64,000 bases of DNA. Source: Dehalococcoidia bacterium (GTDB lineage: Bacteria; Chloroflexota; Dehalococcoidia; Lucifugimonadales; Australimonadaceae). The stretch is taken from assembly GCA_965243745.1 (NCBI GenBank), contig CBDEVR010000002.1, forward strand, positions 327,263-391,262. The letters are read 5' to 3'. The position numbers were made by a program, and so were the translations under genes. Below are positions 63,448 to 64,000 of the stretch, piece by piece. Position 1 is the first letter of the stretch; the number at the start of each line of letters is the position of its first letter. The notes under the pieces were generated by a model. The model was not told the origin of the DNA, made no database searches, and worked only from the letters and a program-made list of their open reading frames with translations.

Positions 63448-64000
63448 ATGATGGCTAACCTCGAGGTCGTGATCGACGGCGACGGCCATATCTTCGAAGA
63501 CGGGGAGGAGTTGCGGAAGCACCTGCGAAGCCCGCTGGCGGACGCCAATATCGCCAAGTTGTTCAGCATCTTCCCGCAGTTGGACCACCTCCACCACAGC
63601 GTCGTGCGCAACCCCGAGGACTCGTTCGGCATCAGCAACGGCGTCTTCAAAGACCCGGGCGTGGAGGGCTGGGGCGAGTTCATGGACAGGGCCGGCGTCG
63701 AGTCCGCCGTGCTCTATCCGACCTCCGGCCTCTCCTACGGCAAGATCATCGATCTGGACTTCGCCATCCAGGCATGCCAGGCGTACAACGACTGGATCAC
63801 CGACGCGTACTCCTCCAAAGACAGCCGCCTGCACCCGGTGGCGCTCATCCCCATGCAGGAGCCGGACGCCGCGGTCGAAGAGTTGCGCCGCGCCGTGAAC
63901 GACCTCGGCATGTGCGGAGCGATGCTCCCGTCCACCGGGCTCATGACGCACCTGGGCGCCAAGACCTACTGGCCTGTCTATGCGGAGGCTGAGCGCCTCG
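63448..64000 (+). CDS. Amidohydrolase-2 family protein, 5' partial (runs off the window)
   Basis: The frame is open from ATG 63448/63451 to the window end: MMANLEVVIDGDGHIFE...AVLYPTSGL...CQAYNDWITDAY...LIPMQEPDAAVEELRRAV. It is a paralog of the divergent neighbour and is absent from the ORF track because no stop falls inside the window. Confidence 0.75.
   Translation, partial: MMANLEVVIDGDGHIFEDGEELRKHLRSPLADANIAKLFSIFPQLDHLHHSVVRNPEDSFGISNGVFKDPGVEGWGEFMDRAGVESAVLYPTSGLSYGKIIDLDFAIQACQAYNDWITDAYSSKDSRLHPVALIPMQEPDAAVEELRRAVNDLGMCGAMLPSTGLMTHLGAKTYWPVYAEAERL

Overview
GC-rich bacterial chromosomal segment, densely coded on both strands. It is dominated by catabolic and redox enzyme paralogs: four luciferase-like (LLM) oxidoreductases, a deazaflavin-dependent nitroreductase-family protein, four amidohydrolases, two dienelactone hydrolases, two tandem Rieske oxygenases and three LigB-like proteins. 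It also holds a TctCAB transporter, an ABC importer without an ATPase gene, a heterodimeric ABC exporter pair, a few housekeeping genes (arfB, argC, nth, rimI, tRNA-Glu) and one 2743-aa secreted cadherin-repeat protein. The F420-type enzyme families and the paralog expansion suggest a Chloroflexota (SAR202-like) or Actinomycetota genome; this is inference only. No CRISPR array, rRNA, transposase or integrase was seen. Many long ORFs in the supplied track are antisense shadow ORFs typical of high-GC DNA and were not called. Best leads: (1) the giant adhesin ends in a dockerin/EF-hand-like motif and is translationally coupled (GTGA overlap) to a small protein with a beta-sandwich domain, a Pro/Thr stalk and a C-terminal anchor, suggesting a surface-tethering pair; (2) a GrdB-like gene that the ORF track splits is joined by an in-frame TGA in a U-x-x-C motif with a SECIS-like hairpin 11 nt downstream; (3) about 90-bp direct repeats of the tctB/carbonic-anhydrase junction bracket an 11.7-kb aromatic-catabolism block; (4) a mosaic tandem Rieske oxygenase duplication; (5) a tRNA-Glu 3' end repeat bracketing two LigB-like paralogs with altered metal ligands; (6) an nth-SprT-like coupled pair; (7) a DUF2283 cassette whose upstream partner carries an in-frame amber codon.
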